A stretch of 64,000 nucleotides of DNA, taken from contig CAVQBA010000007.1 of assembly GCA_963710605.1 (NCBI GenBank), positions 256,001 through 320,000 on the forward strand, given 5' to 3'. The position numbers and the translations under genes were made by a program. The notes under the pieces were generated by a model that saw nothing but the letters and a program-made list of their open reading frames with translations, did not search any database and had not been told where the DNA came from. This document shows, piece after piece, positions 21,256 to 32,794 of the stretch (within the stretch, counting starts at the first letter, position 1; every line of letters starts with the position of its first letter). Source of the stretch: an uncultured cyanobacterium (lineage in GTDB: Bacteria; Cyanobacteriota; Cyanobacteriia; Cyanobacteriales; Cyanobacteriaceae).

Positions 21256-22830
21256 TTAACTCTTATAAAGAGTAACGCCTTTATCTGTTATTGTAAAAAT
21301 ATTTACCTTCACACCCTTGAGATTAGTATTTTCTAAGTTTACATTCATTAAAGTAGCAAATCTCAAATTAGCAAATCTCAAATCTACATTCTTTAAATTG
21401 GCATTCGCTAAACTAGTATTCTCTAAATTAGCACCCTGTAAATTAGCGTTTTCTAAATCAATATTGTTTAAGTTAATGTCTTGTAGATTAGCATATTCTA
21501 AATTAGCTCCTTGTAAATTTTTTCTTGATTCTGGATGATTAACAATATCCCAAACAAGATACCATTTTCGATCGATTATGGTATTCTCATTTAATTCAAC
21601 TCCTTGTAAATTAGCTCGGTTTAAAACAGCATCTTTTAAATTAGCATTTTTTAAATTAGCATTTTTCAAATTAGCTTTGTTAAAACGAACATCCTGTAAA
21701 TTAGCACCCTCTAAATTAGCATTTTCTAAATTACTACCTTTAAGACTAACTCCTCTTAAATCATAATTTTTTAAACAACTTGACTCTAAATTGGTATTTT
21801 GTAATTGAGCATTTTTTAAATTAGCCTTTTCTAGATTAGTGTTTTTTAAATTGACGTTTTGTAGATTAGTATTTTCTAAATTAGTATTTTGTAGATTGGC
21901 ATTTTCTAAATTAGTATTTTGTAGATTGGCATTTTCTAAATTAGCCCCCCGTAAATTAATTCCTTGTAAATTAGCATATTCTAAATCAACACCTTGTAAG
22001 TTTCTGTTGGGTTTTTGATCAGTTAAAATATCCCGTATTAAATAAATCTTTTTCGCTATGTTAGTATTATTATTCTGAATATCTTTTTCTTTTTTATAAA
22101 AGCTTTGCAAACTAGCATTTTCTAAATTAGTATCCTGCAAATTGACACCTCGTAAATAAACACCTTTCAAACAAGTATTTTTTAGGTTAGCACCTTGTAA
22201 ATTAGTATCTGTTAAAATAGCGTCTCCTAACCTACAATTTTCTAAATTAGCATCCTTTAAATTACATCTTTGCAAGTTTGCATTTGTTAAACCACAGCCT
22301 TTTAAATTAGCATTTGTTAAATTAGTTTGAATCAACTTGGCAGAATATAAGTCTGCGTTTGTCAAGTTTGCTCCCTGTAAGTTACCATCTTTCAAGTAAA
22401 AATGCGATAAATCAATCTGCTTTTGGGGATTATCTTTTCTCCATTGATTCCATAACTTTAAATATTTTGAAATGATGTTATGTAAAATATTTCGGCTTTG
22501 CCAATAATGATTTAAAGCAGATAAAACAAATATTTTAGGTATTCGATCGAGTTTTAAAATACTAATAAATGCACTTTCTGACATTTGTCTTAAGAAATGA
22601 GGATTACTGAGAAAATATAAATCTAAAACAGGATTAGCTAAAAATTCAGCAGGGCAATATTCGGCTAATTGAAGAAGTATTTCTAAAGGCGTATTTGGAT
22701 TACTAGTTAGGGCTTTTTTGATCGGATATTGGCGATATTCTTGATAAATTTTTACTAAACGCTCGCCAGATGTATTATGATTATTGGCTTCAATTAAGAT
22801 AGTATCTAAATATTGGTTTTGTTCGTTCAT
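21256..22830 (-). CDS. Pentapeptide-repeat protein with N-terminal helical (LRV-like) region
   Basis: Dozens of A(N/D)Lxx repeats; N-terminal ALTSNPNTPLEILLQLA. Confidence 0.9.
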   Translation of the reverse strand: MNEQNQYLDTILIEANNHNTSGERLVKIYQEYRQYPIKKALTSNPNTPLEILLQLAEYCPAEFLANPVLDLYFLSNPHFLRQMSESAFISILKLDRIPKIFVLSALNHYWQSRNILHNIISKYLKLWNQWRKDNPQKQIDLSHFYLKDGNLQGANLTNADLYSAKLIQTNLTNANLKGCGLTNANLQRCNLKDANLENCRLGDAILTDTNLQGANLKNTCLKGVYLRGVNLQDTNLENASLQSFYKKEKDIQNNNTNIAKKIYLIRDILTDQKPNRNLQGVDLEYANLQGINLRGANLENANLQNTNLENANLQNTNLENTNLQNVNLKNTNLEKANLKNAQLQNTNLESSCLKNYDLRGVSLKGSNLENANLEGANLQDVRFNKANLKNANLKNANLKDAVLNRANLQGVELNENTIIDRKWYLVWDIVNHPESRKNLQGANLEYANLQDINLNNIDLENANLQGANLENTSLANANLKNVDLRFANLRFATLMNVNLENTNLKGVKVNIFTITDKGVTLYKS

Positions 22831-23136
22831 AATTTACATCCTCAATCTGAAGATTTTCTTCAAGCGTATTATAATTGTTTTACTGAAAATGGTTTCAAAA
22901 ACGCTCAGCCGAAGGTTAGCACTGCACACGATATTAGTTAAATGTTAGCTACAAATAAATAATTTTTCCACAACACCAAGCTCGATCGATTTTCCAGAGA
23001 ATAATCCACGCACTCCGTAGGGGTAGAATACCATTCTACCCTTCTCTTTTTAATATTGACCTCAAGTGCGATACTCGTGATTTAATCGCAATTTAAGTTA
23101 GGATATAAAAAAAGTCGATCGAATCAAAACGAGTCA

Positions 23137-23547
23137 ATGAGTCAATATTACGTTATTTATGATGGTAATTGTAACCTATGTGTAACCTTAACTAAATTTT
23201 TAGAAAGTTTGGATAAAGGAAAAATATTTAGTTATACACCAATGCAAGACGAATTAACATTGTCCAAATTAGATGTAACTGCTGATGATTGTGAACAAGG
23301 TATGATTGTCATTTCTGCGGATTCTCCTCAACAAAGATGGCAAGGTAGCGATGCAGTAGAGCAAATTGGTAAATTGTTACCTACAGGTAATTTGTTTGTC
23401 AATTTTTATCGTGCGTTACCAATGGCGAAGAATATGGGCGATAACTTTTATAGCTATATTAGAGATAATCGTTATGACTTGTTTGGTAAGACTGACAAAA
23501 CTTATGTTTCTGAATATGTAGTTAATTGCGATAATAATAGTTGCTAA
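23137..23547 (+). CDS. DCC1-like thiol-disulfide oxidoreductase (DUF393)
   Basis: VIYDGNCNLC; YIRDNRY.LFG. Confidence 0.88.
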   Translation: MSQYYVIYDGNCNLCVTLTKFLESLDKGKIFSYTPMQDELTLSKLDVTADDCEQGMIVISADSPQQRWQGSDAVEQIGKLLPTGNLFVNFYRALPMAKNMGDNFYSYIRDNRYDLFGKTDKTYVSEYVVNCDNNSC

Positions 23548-23804
23548 AATAAATAAAAATTGACGATCGCATTCAAGAAAAATTTATATAACTTATGTTT
23601 TGGCAAACGCTACTTTTTGCAGATATGAGGTTTTGATTCTTGTCAACCGCCACTACTTAAACTAATTATACTTTTGAGACAGGTCGTGCGATCGGTTAGA
23701 AAATGTTGCTCGGCGTACTCTAAACTACATCAGTCATATTTTATAATACTTCTAGAGCCGATACGATCGCTCTCGGGTTTGATATCGGCTGATAAAACGA
23801 TCGA

Positions 23805-24026
23805 TCAATTCCCCCAGTACTCTCCAGGAAGATCTTTTTTTGTAACCGTAACCCTGCCAACTTTCTTACCTGACATTCTCAATAATTCATCACCTGAAAA
23901 TTCAAAACCAAGCCTTAGTGCTATTAGTGCAACATCATCTGCTGTTGATGAAGCAACCACCTCATTTCTAAGTGCAGGATCAGACTGCATTTTCTTTAAA
24001 AATGCTTCGAGTTGATCTAAAGCCAT
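23805..24026 (-). CDS. Nif11-like leader peptide family protein
   Basis: QLEAFLKKMQSDPALR...DVALIA..GFEFSGDEL; GGAG RBS upstream. Confidence 0.8.
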   Translation of the reverse strand: MALDQLEAFLKKMQSDPALRNEVVASSTADDVALIALRLGFEFSGDELLRMSGKKVGRVTVTKKDLPGEYWGN

Positions 24027-24234
24027 GTTTCAAACTCCTATTCTCGCTGTTTGGTGTTGCGAACTTGTTAATCTGAATTATAACCTAAAAGGGGATGTTA
24101 AGCCGTTGTTTGTCGCATGAGTCCAGATACTTTGTTCTAAAGAAGGTGAAATTGCCTGCCAATGAATATTTATTACCCTTATTCGACTATTTTACCGTGA
24201 TTGATTACCGCAATACGATCGCATCTTATGACAA

Positions 24235-24645
24235 TTAGTCTAAAAATACTTGAGCTTGAATATTAAAACGTTGGGATAACAACTTAATTTGAGTAATACT
24301 AAACGCTCTTTCTTTATTTAAAATAGCTTTGACTATTTCGGGTGTACCGATTTCGGGTAAATCTGATAAGCTCAAGTCATGTTCTTCTATTAAATAAGCT
24401 AAGGCATCACTTCCACTACAATTAGGAATAGAATAATGTTTTTGCTCATAGATTTCAATGAGTTGACCTAAAGTATCCAATAAATTATAGAGAGGATGTT
24501 GTTCATTTGTGCCAATTCGATCGATTAAAGTATTTAATCTTTGAATTGCTCGCTCGTATTCTTTATCGTTACGAATTGTTAGTAAGGGTGAAATTGCCTG
24601 CCAATGAATATTGATATCCGAGGGAAGAGTAGCTAAGTTTTCCAT
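24235..24645 (-). CDS. HigA-like HTH antitoxin
   Basis: EYERAI...LIEIYEQKHY...LAYLIEEHDL...ILNKERAFS..QIKLLSQRF. Confidence 0.85.
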   Translation of the reverse strand: MENLATLPSDINIHWQAISPLLTIRNDKEYERAIQRLNTLIDRIGTNEQHPLYNLLDTLGQLIEIYEQKHYSIPNCSGSDALAYLIEEHDLSLSDLPEIGTPEIVKAILNKERAFSITQIKLLSQRFNIQAQVFLD

Positions 24646-24725
24646 TTGTTTTTATCGTATTCTAAATGAGTTAAAACATTACGAATATAAATTTTTTGTC
24701 GATTAAAATGAATTGAAGCAATGCT
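24637..24725 (-). pseudogene. 3' remnant of HigB toxin
   Basis: Translates as ASIHFNRQKIYIRNVLTHLEYDKNKWKT*, the HigB C-terminal THxEYDK motif, overlapping the higA start; no start codon or N-terminus. Confidence 0.75.
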
Positions 24726-24798
24726 TTAAATAATGAATAATGAATAATGAATATTTATTACTCTTTACTGGGTGAGTGGGTGAGTTTTTGATTCTTGT

Positions 24799-26463
24799 TT
24801 ACAATGGTTTGACTAAGCCATGAGAGGCACTCAGGAGTGCTTGGGTATAAGAGTCTTGTGGATTATTAAAAATTTCTTGAGTATTACCTAATTCGACGAT
24901 TTTACCGTGATTCATTACCGCAATACGATCGCATAAAAAACGAGCGACTGTCAAATCATGGGTAATAAATAAATAAGTAAGATTAAATTCAGCTTTCAGT
25001 TCTAAAATTAAATCTAATACTTGTGCTTGTACTGTTGCATCTAACATACTTACAGGCTCATCACAAATAACTAACTTCGGTTGAGTTATCAAAGCCCGTG
25101 CGATCGCTACCCGTTGTTGTTGCCCACCCGAAAGCTCGTCTGGATAACGATGATAATAATCTTGGGGGTCTAATTCGACTCGTTTGAGCATCTTATCTAC
25201 TCGTTGCCTATTTTCTTCCTTAGTACCCAAATTATGAATTGATAATGGCTCTGTAATCGCTTCGCCGATCGTCATCATCGGATTAAGACAAGCGTGTGGG
25301 TCTTGAAAAATCATTTGTATTTCACGACGAATCGATCGAATCTGCCCCTGACTAAGAAGACTTAAATCTTGACCATTAAAAAATACTTGTCCGCTAGTCG
25401 GGCGGATTAATTGCAGAATAGTCCGAGAAAGAGTACTTTTACCACAACCTGATTCACCAACTAAACCCAAGACTTCTCCTTGCCAAATTTGTAAATTGAG
25501 ATCATCTACAGCTTTGATACTTTGAGATTTTTTACCTAAAAGTTGTTCAATAAAATTAGTAGATAAGGTAAAGTGTTGTTTAAGATCTTTTAGTTCTAGT
25601 AAAGGTATCTTGTCAATATTTTCAATATCTCGTTTGTTTTCGCTTTCTTGATGAAGATGAAAAGCGGCGTTTAAAAGCGATTGACTATAAGGATGTTGAG
25701 GATTATACATCACTTGTTTTACCTTACCAGTTTCTACCATTTCTCCTTGATACATTACCCCAATACGATCGCAATATTTACCCACCATCCCCAAATCGTG
25801 AGAAATTAATAATAAACCCATATTTTGCTCACGACAGAGATTGGTTAACTCTGCTAAAATCTGGTTAGCAATAGTTACATCTAAACTAGTAGTTGGCTCA
25901 TCAGCGACAATCAATTTAGGCTCTAATAACAATGCTAATGCGATCGCTACTCTTTGACGCATACCACCACTAAACTCATGAGGATATTGATTAAATCTGT
26001 CTGGGGCAATTTTGACAGTTGCTAAAGTTGCTAAAACTTTTTCTTTCGCCTGAGCAGAAGAGAGATTTGTTTGATGAGCTTTTAGTGTCTCTAAACAATG
26101 ATTACCGATCGTCATCAAAGGATCAAGTCTTGTCATCGGATCTTGAAATATTAGTGCGACAATTTCACCACGTAATTTACGTAAAGCCTTATCGTCGTAA
26201 TCGAAAATAGATTCACCGTGAAACAAAGCCTTACCTTTGACGGTACTTTTAGGTGGTAGCAGACGCATAACAGCCCTTCCTAGGGTTGATTTACCACAAC
26301 CTGACTCCCCCACCAAGCCCATGATTTCTCCTGCGTTTAGATCAAAAGAAACATTATTAACAGCCCAATTAGGAGTATCGTTATCACTATTAATCTGGGG
26401 ATATGCTACCTGAAGATTATTAAGACTAAGTAGAGGAGAATTCATAGCAGACTCAAGACACAA
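24799..26463 (-). CDS. Dipeptide/oligopeptide ABC transporter fused double ATP-binding protein
   Basis: GESGCGKST twice, [24 protein letters not shown]. Confidence 0.92.
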   Translation of the reverse strand: MCLESAMNSPLLSLNNLQVAYPQINSDNDTPNWAVNNVSFDLNAGEIMGLVGESGCGKSTLGRAVMRLLPPKSTVKGKALFHGESIFDYDDKALRKLRGEIVALIFQDPMTRLDPLMTIGNHCLETLKAHQTNLSSAQAKEKVLATLATVKIAPDRFNQYPHEFSGGMRQRVAIALALLLEPKLIVADEPTTSLDVTIANQILAELTNLCREQNMGLLLISHDLGMVGKYCDRIGVMYQGEMVETGKVKQVMYNPQHPYSQSLLNAAFHLHQESENKRDIENIDKIPLLELKDLKQHFTLSTNFIEQLLGKKSQSIKAVDDLNLQIWQGEVLGLVGESGCGKSTLSRTILQLIRPTSGQVFFNGQDLSLLSQGQIRSIRREIQMIFQDPHACLNPMMTIGEAITEPLSIHNLGTKEENRQRVDKMLKRVELDPQDYYHRYPDELSGGQQQRVAIARALITQPKLVICDEPVSMLDATVQAQVLDLILELKAEFNLTYLFITHDLTVARFLCDRIAVMNHGKIVELGNTQEIFNNPQDSYTQALLSASHGLVKPL

Positions 26464-26581
26464 ATTAATTACTTAACCAGTATAGTTAAATAATTGAGAA
26501 TTGAGAATTGAGAATTGACAATGAACGATCGATCGATTATTCTTATTATCTGTTCACTGTTATCTGTTCGCTGTTCGCTAT

Positions 26582-26962
26582 TTAGTCTTGAATGTATTCG
26601 GTGTTGTTAAATAAAGCAAATTCTGCACGCATGAATTCTCTGCCTAAATAAGCGGCATGATCTAACATACTCAAAGGTACAGGTTGAGCTTGTTCGATTA
26701 CTTTAACACAGAGTTCTTTCGCTGTACGGGCGGTATATGTGGTGGTTGCTTGTCTGGGTTTACTTCCTGTACAGGCTATCACTTCTCCTGTTTCTGGATC
26801 GACTGCTAAGCCTCGATCGTCTATATTATTAGTATAATGGTCGGCACAAATTAGTTGGGCTTCTCTATCTAAATAAATAATAAAATATCCTTCGGGGTCT
26901 AAGTCAATATGTCTGTTGGATAATTCGTTATCTAAATCGGTTAAAGAGAATGTAGTTGTCAT
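26582..26962 (-). CDS. DUF4346 domain protein
   Basis: LDPEGYFII, LDHAAYLGRE, YIQD. Confidence 0.8.
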   Translation of the reverse strand: MTTTFSLTDLDNELSNRHIDLDPEGYFIIYLDREAQLICADHYTNNIDDRGLAVDPETGEVIACTGSKPRQATTTYTARTAKELCVKVIEQAQPVPLSMLDHAAYLGREFMRAEFALFNNTEYIQD

Positions 26963-27147
26963 AGACGATGATTATTATATTTTAAAAATTATTTTGATTA
27001 CGTTTACTAATATACTGAATTTTTATCATATTACGCTCGTTTGTAACAAGCTATAAAATCATTAATAATTACCAACAATATTACACAGACAAGGCGTGCC
27101 TTGTCTCTACGTTTATCATTTGATTGTTAATAATATTTATCGATCGA

Positions 27148-27957
27148 TTAAATTAATTTTCCTTGCCATTTAGCTACTAATTTGTCACTTAGTATAGATA
27201 TTTTAGAAACACTTTCTTCTTGTTCGATCGTTTTTCGCCATTGATAAGGAATTGTTAAATAACCATTTTTAAGACCTAATAAAAATCCTGTCAAAACAAC
27301 TGTTTCTGTTTGATAATACTTAAACTGACTACTTCTTGATAAACTTATTTCTAAGTTATTAGGTAAACTTAAAAAACTATACAATGCTTGATAAATAGCT
27401 AAATTATCTAATTTTATGATTTCTAAAAATTTTGTTTCTATTTCTAATAAAGTTAATTTTTGCTCGATCAATTGCTTAATTAATTCTAAGTTTGAAAACA
27501 AAATATTATCTTCTTCTACCTCTTCTAATTTAGCTTTAATATTAAAAAATAAGTTCTCGTTTATTAATTTTTTTTCGGTAATTAAAATAACTAAAATGAT
27601 ATATATTTTGATGCTATCTAATTGTTCTGGTTTGAGAGATAAGTTTTGAGTAATTAAATTAAGTTCTATTTCTAGTTGGGTTAGATTTTGAGAATGATAT
27701 AAAATGAGAGGAAATAAAGCGATCGTGATTTGGCTTTCATTAAAATCATGTATTTGCTGACCAAATTTTTGAATAATAATATCGAGATTATATTGAGAAC
27801 GATTAGTAATATCCTCTAATAAATAAAAACAAATTTGTAAAGGTAAATATTCTTCTATTTCTAAATTGTTCTTAGTAAGTTTAAAAGCAATAAGACTACT
27901 AACTAAACTACCAAAAACTTGAGAATATTCTAAATAAATAAATTCAGCTATAAACAT
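27148..27957 (-). CDS. Degenerate ADP-ribosylglycohydrolase-fold protein
   Basis: C-terminal LTGFLLGLKNGYLTIPYQW resembles the ARH GaLlGa..G...IP..W motif; catalytic DD motifs not seen. Confidence 0.5.
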   Translation of the reverse strand: MFIAEFIYLEYSQVFGSLVSSLIAFKLTKNNLEIEEYLPLQICFYLLEDITNRSQYNLDIIIQKFGQQIHDFNESQITIALFPLILYHSQNLTQLEIELNLITQNLSLKPEQLDSIKIYIILVILITEKKLINENLFFNIKAKLEEVEEDNILFSNLELIKQLIEQKLTLLEIETKFLEIIKLDNLAIYQALYSFLSLPNNLEISLSRSSQFKYYQTETVVLTGFLLGLKNGYLTIPYQWRKTIEQEESVSKISILSDKLVAKWQGKLI

Positions 27958-28138
27958 AGATAAGTAATTAATAGTTAATAATTAATAATTAATAATGTAA
28001 TTGATTTAGTTCAATTTATTGAACGGTTTTACTTTAGCCTTGAACTTAAGTTCAAGGCTAATTATGTACGTTAACTAAAGTTAACTTTAAACCTACCTTG
28101 CTATAATGGCTTCGCCGTGAATTTATAGACATCCTCAA

Positions 28139-28870
28139 TTATTGCGGGTATTCTTCCCATAAAGTACAATTTTGGCGAATACTACGAAAATCACCATTAC
28201 CAATAATAAGATGATCGAGAATAGGAATACCGATCAATTTAGCACCTTGTAATAACTGCTCAGTCAAATTCAAATCTTCTACCGAAGGCTCAAGATTTCC
28301 TGAAGGATGATTGTGAGCGATAATGATATTAGTCGCCGATTGACGAATCGCTTCTCTGAATAACTCACGAGGGTGGATTAACGTTTCTGTAGCGATACCG
28401 ATCGTGATAACTTGAGTACTAATTAAACTATTTTTGGTATCAAGTAATAATACCGCAAAACGTTCTTGAGATTGCCACATCAACTCATGACTAAAAGCCG
28501 CCGCCGCAATGTTAGGGCTATCGATAATTGCTTTGGCATTGGGGCGAAAAGCAAAAGTCCGTTTACCTAATTCTACTCCAGCTAGGATAGTTGTGGCTTT
28601 AGCAGGACCAATTCCTTCAATTGTCGTTAATTCTCTTGAAGATATTTTACGTAGAATATCGAGAGGATCTTCTTTGTTTTGACTCAATTCGTGTAAGATA
28701 TATTGAGCTAATCCAATTGCTGATAATTTACCTTTTCCTTGCCCTGTACCTAATAAAATAGCTAATAATTCGGCGGTACTTAAATTTTTTGCACCTAACT
28801 CAAGTAATCTTTCTCTCGGACGCTCGCTAACTGGTAAATCGGCAATTCTGACATTATAAACCATCTTCAA
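28139..28870 (-). CDS. radC: RadC family JAB-domain protein
   Basis: [32 protein letters not shown]. Confidence 0.95.
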   Translation of the reverse strand: MKMVYNVRIADLPVSERPRERLLELGAKNLSTAELLAILLGTGQGKGKLSAIGLAQYILHELSQNKEDPLDILRKISSRELTTIEGIGPAKATTILAGVELGKRTFAFRPNAKAIIDSPNIAAAAFSHELMWQSQERFAVLLLDTKNSLISTQVITIGIATETLIHPRELFREAIRQSATNIIIAHNHPSGNLEPSVEDLNLTEQLLQGAKLIGIPILDHLIIGNGDFRSIRQNCTLWEEYPQ

Positions 28871-29051
28871 ATAAACGTTTATTTATGGTAATTTTTTAGC
28901 TAAATTAAGACTTAAATCATCATACATTTAGCTTGAGTAAACAAGAGTAATATTTAAGGTAACTTAACGTAATTAAATAATTTTATTGTCGTCAAAACTT
29001 TAGTCTTAGAATAAATGATGGTGGGTAATACCCACCCTACGCAATTGATAA

Positions 29052-30014
29052 TTAAGAAAATTTCCACATGACAGGATTATCATCAAAATCTTGAGCAACT
29101 TGTGTACCGATATCACTAATTTTTTTGATATCTTCAGTCGTTAATTTAATTTCTCCTGCTTGAGCATTTTCTTTGACTTGTTGTGAATTTCTAGCTCCTA
29201 CAATTGCGTTACTTTGTGGTTGTTTGATTAACCAAGCGATCGCTAACTGAGCTAAACTACAATTATATTGATCAGCAAAAGATTGTAATTGAGTCAAAGC
29301 AGTTTGTACCTTTTGCCAATGAGGAGATTGAAACAAACGATTGTCTTTACGATGATCACCTTCTGCAAACTCAGGATTATCACCAAACTTACCAGTTAAA
29401 ATACCTTGGGCTAGAGAAGAGTAAGCCAAGATAGAAATATTTTTATCCGCACAATAAGGTTGTATTTCTTTTTCTACTACTCGCCAAAACAAAGAATAAG
29501 GCGGTTGTACACTCTCAATTTCACCATATTGCATTGCTTCAGCTAATTGAGTTTTAGAAAAATTAGATACCCCAATCGCTCTAATTTTTCCTTGTTTTTT
29601 CAAGTCATTTAACGCCTTCATGGTTTCTTCGATCGGAACAATTTCACTATCCCAAGTACCAGATGGCCAATGAATTTGGTATAAATCAAGATAATCTGTC
29701 TCGAGATTAGTTAAAGAGTTATTACACGCTTGGATTACTTGATCATATTTAAGATGATTAGCAAATACTTTAGTTGCATAAACTACTTTGTGACGAATAT
29801 CTTTGAGGGCTTGAGCGACAATTTTTTCTGAATGCCCTGCACCATAAACTTCGGCGGTATCGATCGTAGTTATGCCAGTTTCAACGGCTTCTCGGATAGC
29901 TTTGATACTCTCTTCATCTTCTATTCCCGCCCACATCTTTTTGCCTGCTTGCCATGTACCCATAATGATGGGTGTTATTTGTATATCTGTGTTACCTAAT
30001 TGTCTTGTTTGCAT
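29052..30014 (-). CDS. Aldo/keto reductase
   Basis: IDTAEVYG, YLDLYQIHWP, IGVSNF; start placed at MQTRQLG (30014). Confidence 0.93.
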   Translation of the reverse strand: MQTRQLGNTDIQITPIIMGTWQAGKKMWAGIEDEESIKAIREAVETGITTIDTAEVYGAGHSEKIVAQALKDIRHKVVYATKVFANHLKYDQVIQACNNSLTNLETDYLDLYQIHWPSGTWDSEIVPIEETMKALNDLKKQGKIRAIGVSNFSKTQLAEAMQYGEIESVQPPYSLFWRVVEKEIQPYCADKNISILAYSSLAQGILTGKFGDNPEFAEGDHRKDNRLFQSPHWQKVQTALTQLQSFADQYNCSLAQLAIAWLIKQPQSNAIVGARNSQQVKENAQAGEIKLTTEDIKKISDIGTQVAQDFDDNPVMWKFS

Positions 30015-30147
30015 TACTAATATATTTGTTTGAGTGAAAGGGCTATCTACATACTTCAAATATAGCAACCATCAAGACGATGATAGTTAAAAATGTCTAT
30101 TATCTCTACAATATGAGGTGGGCAATGCCCACCCTGCTTCAAAGTAT

Positions 30148-31338
30148 TTAAGCGGCATTAACATTAGAAAACTTGATTTTCAGATAATCATCTTCCATTT
30201 TTGCCCCCGAAGGAGAAAGGGCGGCTAATGCTTGGGGTAAAACTAAATTACGACGGTGATTACCAATACGTACATTAAGTTCATCACCTGTTTTATTAAG
30301 GTCAATTTGTTCTTTAGGAATATTAGGTAAATATAATTCAAGACTATAATTATTTTCTTCTTGAACTATTCTGATCGTACTTTCTTTATAATAAACTTTA
30401 CTAGGATCTTCATCGGCTTCATATAAAGTATCTTTAAGTCTTTCTAAAGCTTTTAAACCACACATTTCCTCAGAAAATAGAGGTGCTTCTTTAACTGGTA
30501 AAGGATGAAAGTTGTCGTATATTTCTTGTTTATAAATAGACTGATTTTCTTTCCAACGGGCAAAAAATGGATCTTCTACTTCATCAGGAATAATACGATT
30601 AGCAATAATCAAATCAGTAGATACATTATATAAACTTAAATAAGCATGAGCTCTTAATGATTCTTTTAATACCATCTTTTCAGGATTGGTTATTAGTCTA
30701 ACTGTAGTTTTAGTATTATCTGTTAAAACTTTTTCTAATGCTTCAATTTGCTGATAAAACTCATAAGGTGCATCCATTACTTCATTACTGGGTAAAGAAA
30801 AACCAGCAATCGGTTTGAATATAGGTTGAAATAAAGGACGTAAAGCCGCCGACATACTTTGGAATGGTTTGTAAAAACGACGCATATACCAACCACTAAT
30901 CTCAGGTAAACTGAGTAATCTTAAAGCTGTACCAGTGGGTGCCGAGTCAATAATTAAAACATCAAAGTCACCATCATCATAATGTCTTTTCATTCTGACT
31001 AAACCAAAAATTTCGTCCATACCTGGTAGGATGGCTAATTCTTCGGCTTGTACTCCATCTAAACCTCTAGCTTGAAGTACTTCGGTGATATAACGTTTAA
31101 CTGCTCCCCAGTTACCTTCTAATTCCATCAAGGCATCAAGCTCTGCACCCCAAAGATTTTCGACTATCTTTTGCGGTTCGTGTCCTAATTCGAGATCGAA
31201 ACTATCGGCTAAAGAATGGGCAGGATCGGTACTTAATACAAGTGTTCTGTGTCCTTGCTCAGCACATTTTAATCCTGTGGCGGCGGCAACCGACGTTTTA
31301 CCGACTCCGCCTTTTCCGGTCATTAATATTACTCGCAT
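30148..31338 (-). CDS. ArsA/GET3 family ATPase with C-terminal alpha-crystallin-like domain
   Basis: [23 protein letters not shown]-terminal [15 protein letters not shown]. Confidence 0.92.
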   Translation of the reverse strand: MRVILMTGKGGVGKTSVAAATGLKCAEQGHRTLVLSTDPAHSLADSFDLELGHEPQKIVENLWGAELDALMELEGNWGAVKRYITEVLQARGLDGVQAEELAILPGMDEIFGLVRMKRHYDDGDFDVLIIDSAPTGTALRLLSLPEISGWYMRRFYKPFQSMSAALRPLFQPIFKPIAGFSLPSNEVMDAPYEFYQQIEALEKVLTDNTKTTVRLITNPEKMVLKESLRAHAYLSLYNVSTDLIIANRIIPDEVEDPFFARWKENQSIYKQEIYDNFHPLPVKEAPLFSEEMCGLKALERLKDTLYEADEDPSKVYYKESTIRIVQEENNYSLELYLPNIPKEQIDLNKTGDELNVRIGNHRRNLVLPQALAALSPSGAKMEDDYLKIKFSNVNAA

Positions 31339-31562
31339 TATTTTACTCGATCGATTTTTAAAATTGATTTATAATTGCTCTTCTATTTCAAGTATAACTT
31401 TTTGTAACGATTTCAGATTAAACGATACTATTCTGATTGGGAATTACGCTGGATATTTACCAACCTAATTTAAGAAAAAACAGTCATGTTTTGGCTTTCG
31501 TATTTAATTAATTGCTGAGGTTAGCCAAAAAGTATTCTGAATAAATTGATTGTCAATTTTAA

Positions 31563-32483
31563 TTAGTGTTGATGTTTAGAAAAGTCGTAAACTAAATCAA
31601 AAAATTCTTTGACTGTCGGTATTTGTAATCGATCGACTGTCGTAATTAAAACGACTTCTCTGGTTAACTCATAGCTTCTAAGATCGTTATATTCCATCAC
31701 AATCGGAATTTTAACTAACTCTTGATCATGTATGGATTCTAATAATGCGGAGTCTGGTAGTAAGGCAATAAAATTACCTTGACGAATAACACCCCGAAAA
31801 GCATCAAGAGTATTTAATTCCATCGCCACATTAATGGAGTAACCTTCCTTCGCAAATATTTCTTGAACAACTCTTTGCATCCCATAGCCATCTTTAAAAA
31901 TAATTTGGGTGTAGGGTACTAAATCACTAATTCGGACACTTTTTTTGTCTGCTAATGGATGGTTTTTCGCTACAAGTACTTTGATCGGTTCATGGTATAA
32001 ATGTTTAATGACCATATCCGATGTTGAAGTTAAATAACGGTTATTCATCGCAATTACAACATCTACTAGTCCGTCTCTTAGTACCTTAATTGCTCGATCG
32101 CTACCTAAAGCCGTAACTCTTAATTGTACTTGAGGATGAATTTCGCAAAACTTTTGTAAAATAGGCGGTAAAAAAGAAGCACACACCGAATGTATCGCCG
32201 CTACACAAAGCTCAGGTTGCTCTCCTTCTAATAAATCTGCTATTTTTTGCTCTATTTTTTCCCACTCCTGACAAATACGAATTGCATGAGGAAGTAGTTG
32301 CTCTCCTGTAACCGTTAACTTAGCTTGAGCTTGACGATGAAATAAGCTCGTATTTAAGTGTGTTTCTAGGTTTTGTACTTGTCTGCTTACTGTTGACTGA
32401 GTTACATCACATAGTTTAGCCGCTTGCCCAAAACTTCCTGTTTTACTAACCGCTACAAAAGCCTGTATTTGCTCAATCCTCAT
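31563..32483 (-). CDS. ntcB: LysR family regulator, probably NtcB
   Basis: MRIEQIQAF...VTQSTVSRQ...RICQEW resembles cyanobacterial NtcB; NtcA box upstream supports the call. Confidence 0.75.
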   Translation of the reverse strand: MRIEQIQAFVAVSKTGSFGQAAKLCDVTQSTVSRQVQNLETHLNTSLFHRQAQAKLTVTGEQLLPHAIRICQEWEKIEQKIADLLEGEQPELCVAAIHSVCASFLPPILQKFCEIHPQVQLRVTALGSDRAIKVLRDGLVDVVIAMNNRYLTSTSDMVIKHLYHEPIKVLVAKNHPLADKKSVRISDLVPYTQIIFKDGYGMQRVVQEIFAKEGYSINVAMELNTLDAFRGVIRQGNFIALLPDSALLESIHDQELVKIPIVMEYNDLRSYELTREVVLITTVDRLQIPTVKEFFDLVYDFSKHQH

Positions 32484-32563
32484 AAACTGCTTCTTATTTG
32501 TATTGGTTTAACTGTTAATTTCTGCTTAGCTTTTAATTGTGATGATTAAATGTCTATATGTTC

Positions 32564-32579
32564 TGTATTCTCTAGTACA
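32564..32579. promoter_or_regulatory. NtcA binding site upstream of ntcB
   Basis: TGTA-ttctctag-TACA, exact GTA-N8-TAC. Confidence 0.7.
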
Positions 32580-32794
32580 AAAACCAGAAACAGTGAGTAA
32601 ATAGATAAAAGGATGAAGGATGAAGGATGAGGGATGAATGATAAACGATAAACTAATCTGAATTCTCTTTGCTAAGATGTATAACAGTATATATAGTGGC
32701 TAATTAATAATTAACTACAACACATCTGTAAAATTAATCTCAATTCTGTTTTGTTTATAAAAGTCATACTTGCATCTGTTTATTTTTCTTTATC

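Noticed and set aside
22860-22935. Possible riboswitch upstream of the pentapeptide gene
   Set aside because: Slightly GC-richer patch, but I could not match it to the glnA or any other known motif
23674-24015. 113-aa plus-strand ORF
   Set aside because: Antisense to the recognisable Nif11-like gene
28139-28870. radC as a marker of a mobile or anti-restriction island
   Set aside because: Full-length chromosomal-type RadC with HhH region among housekeeping genes
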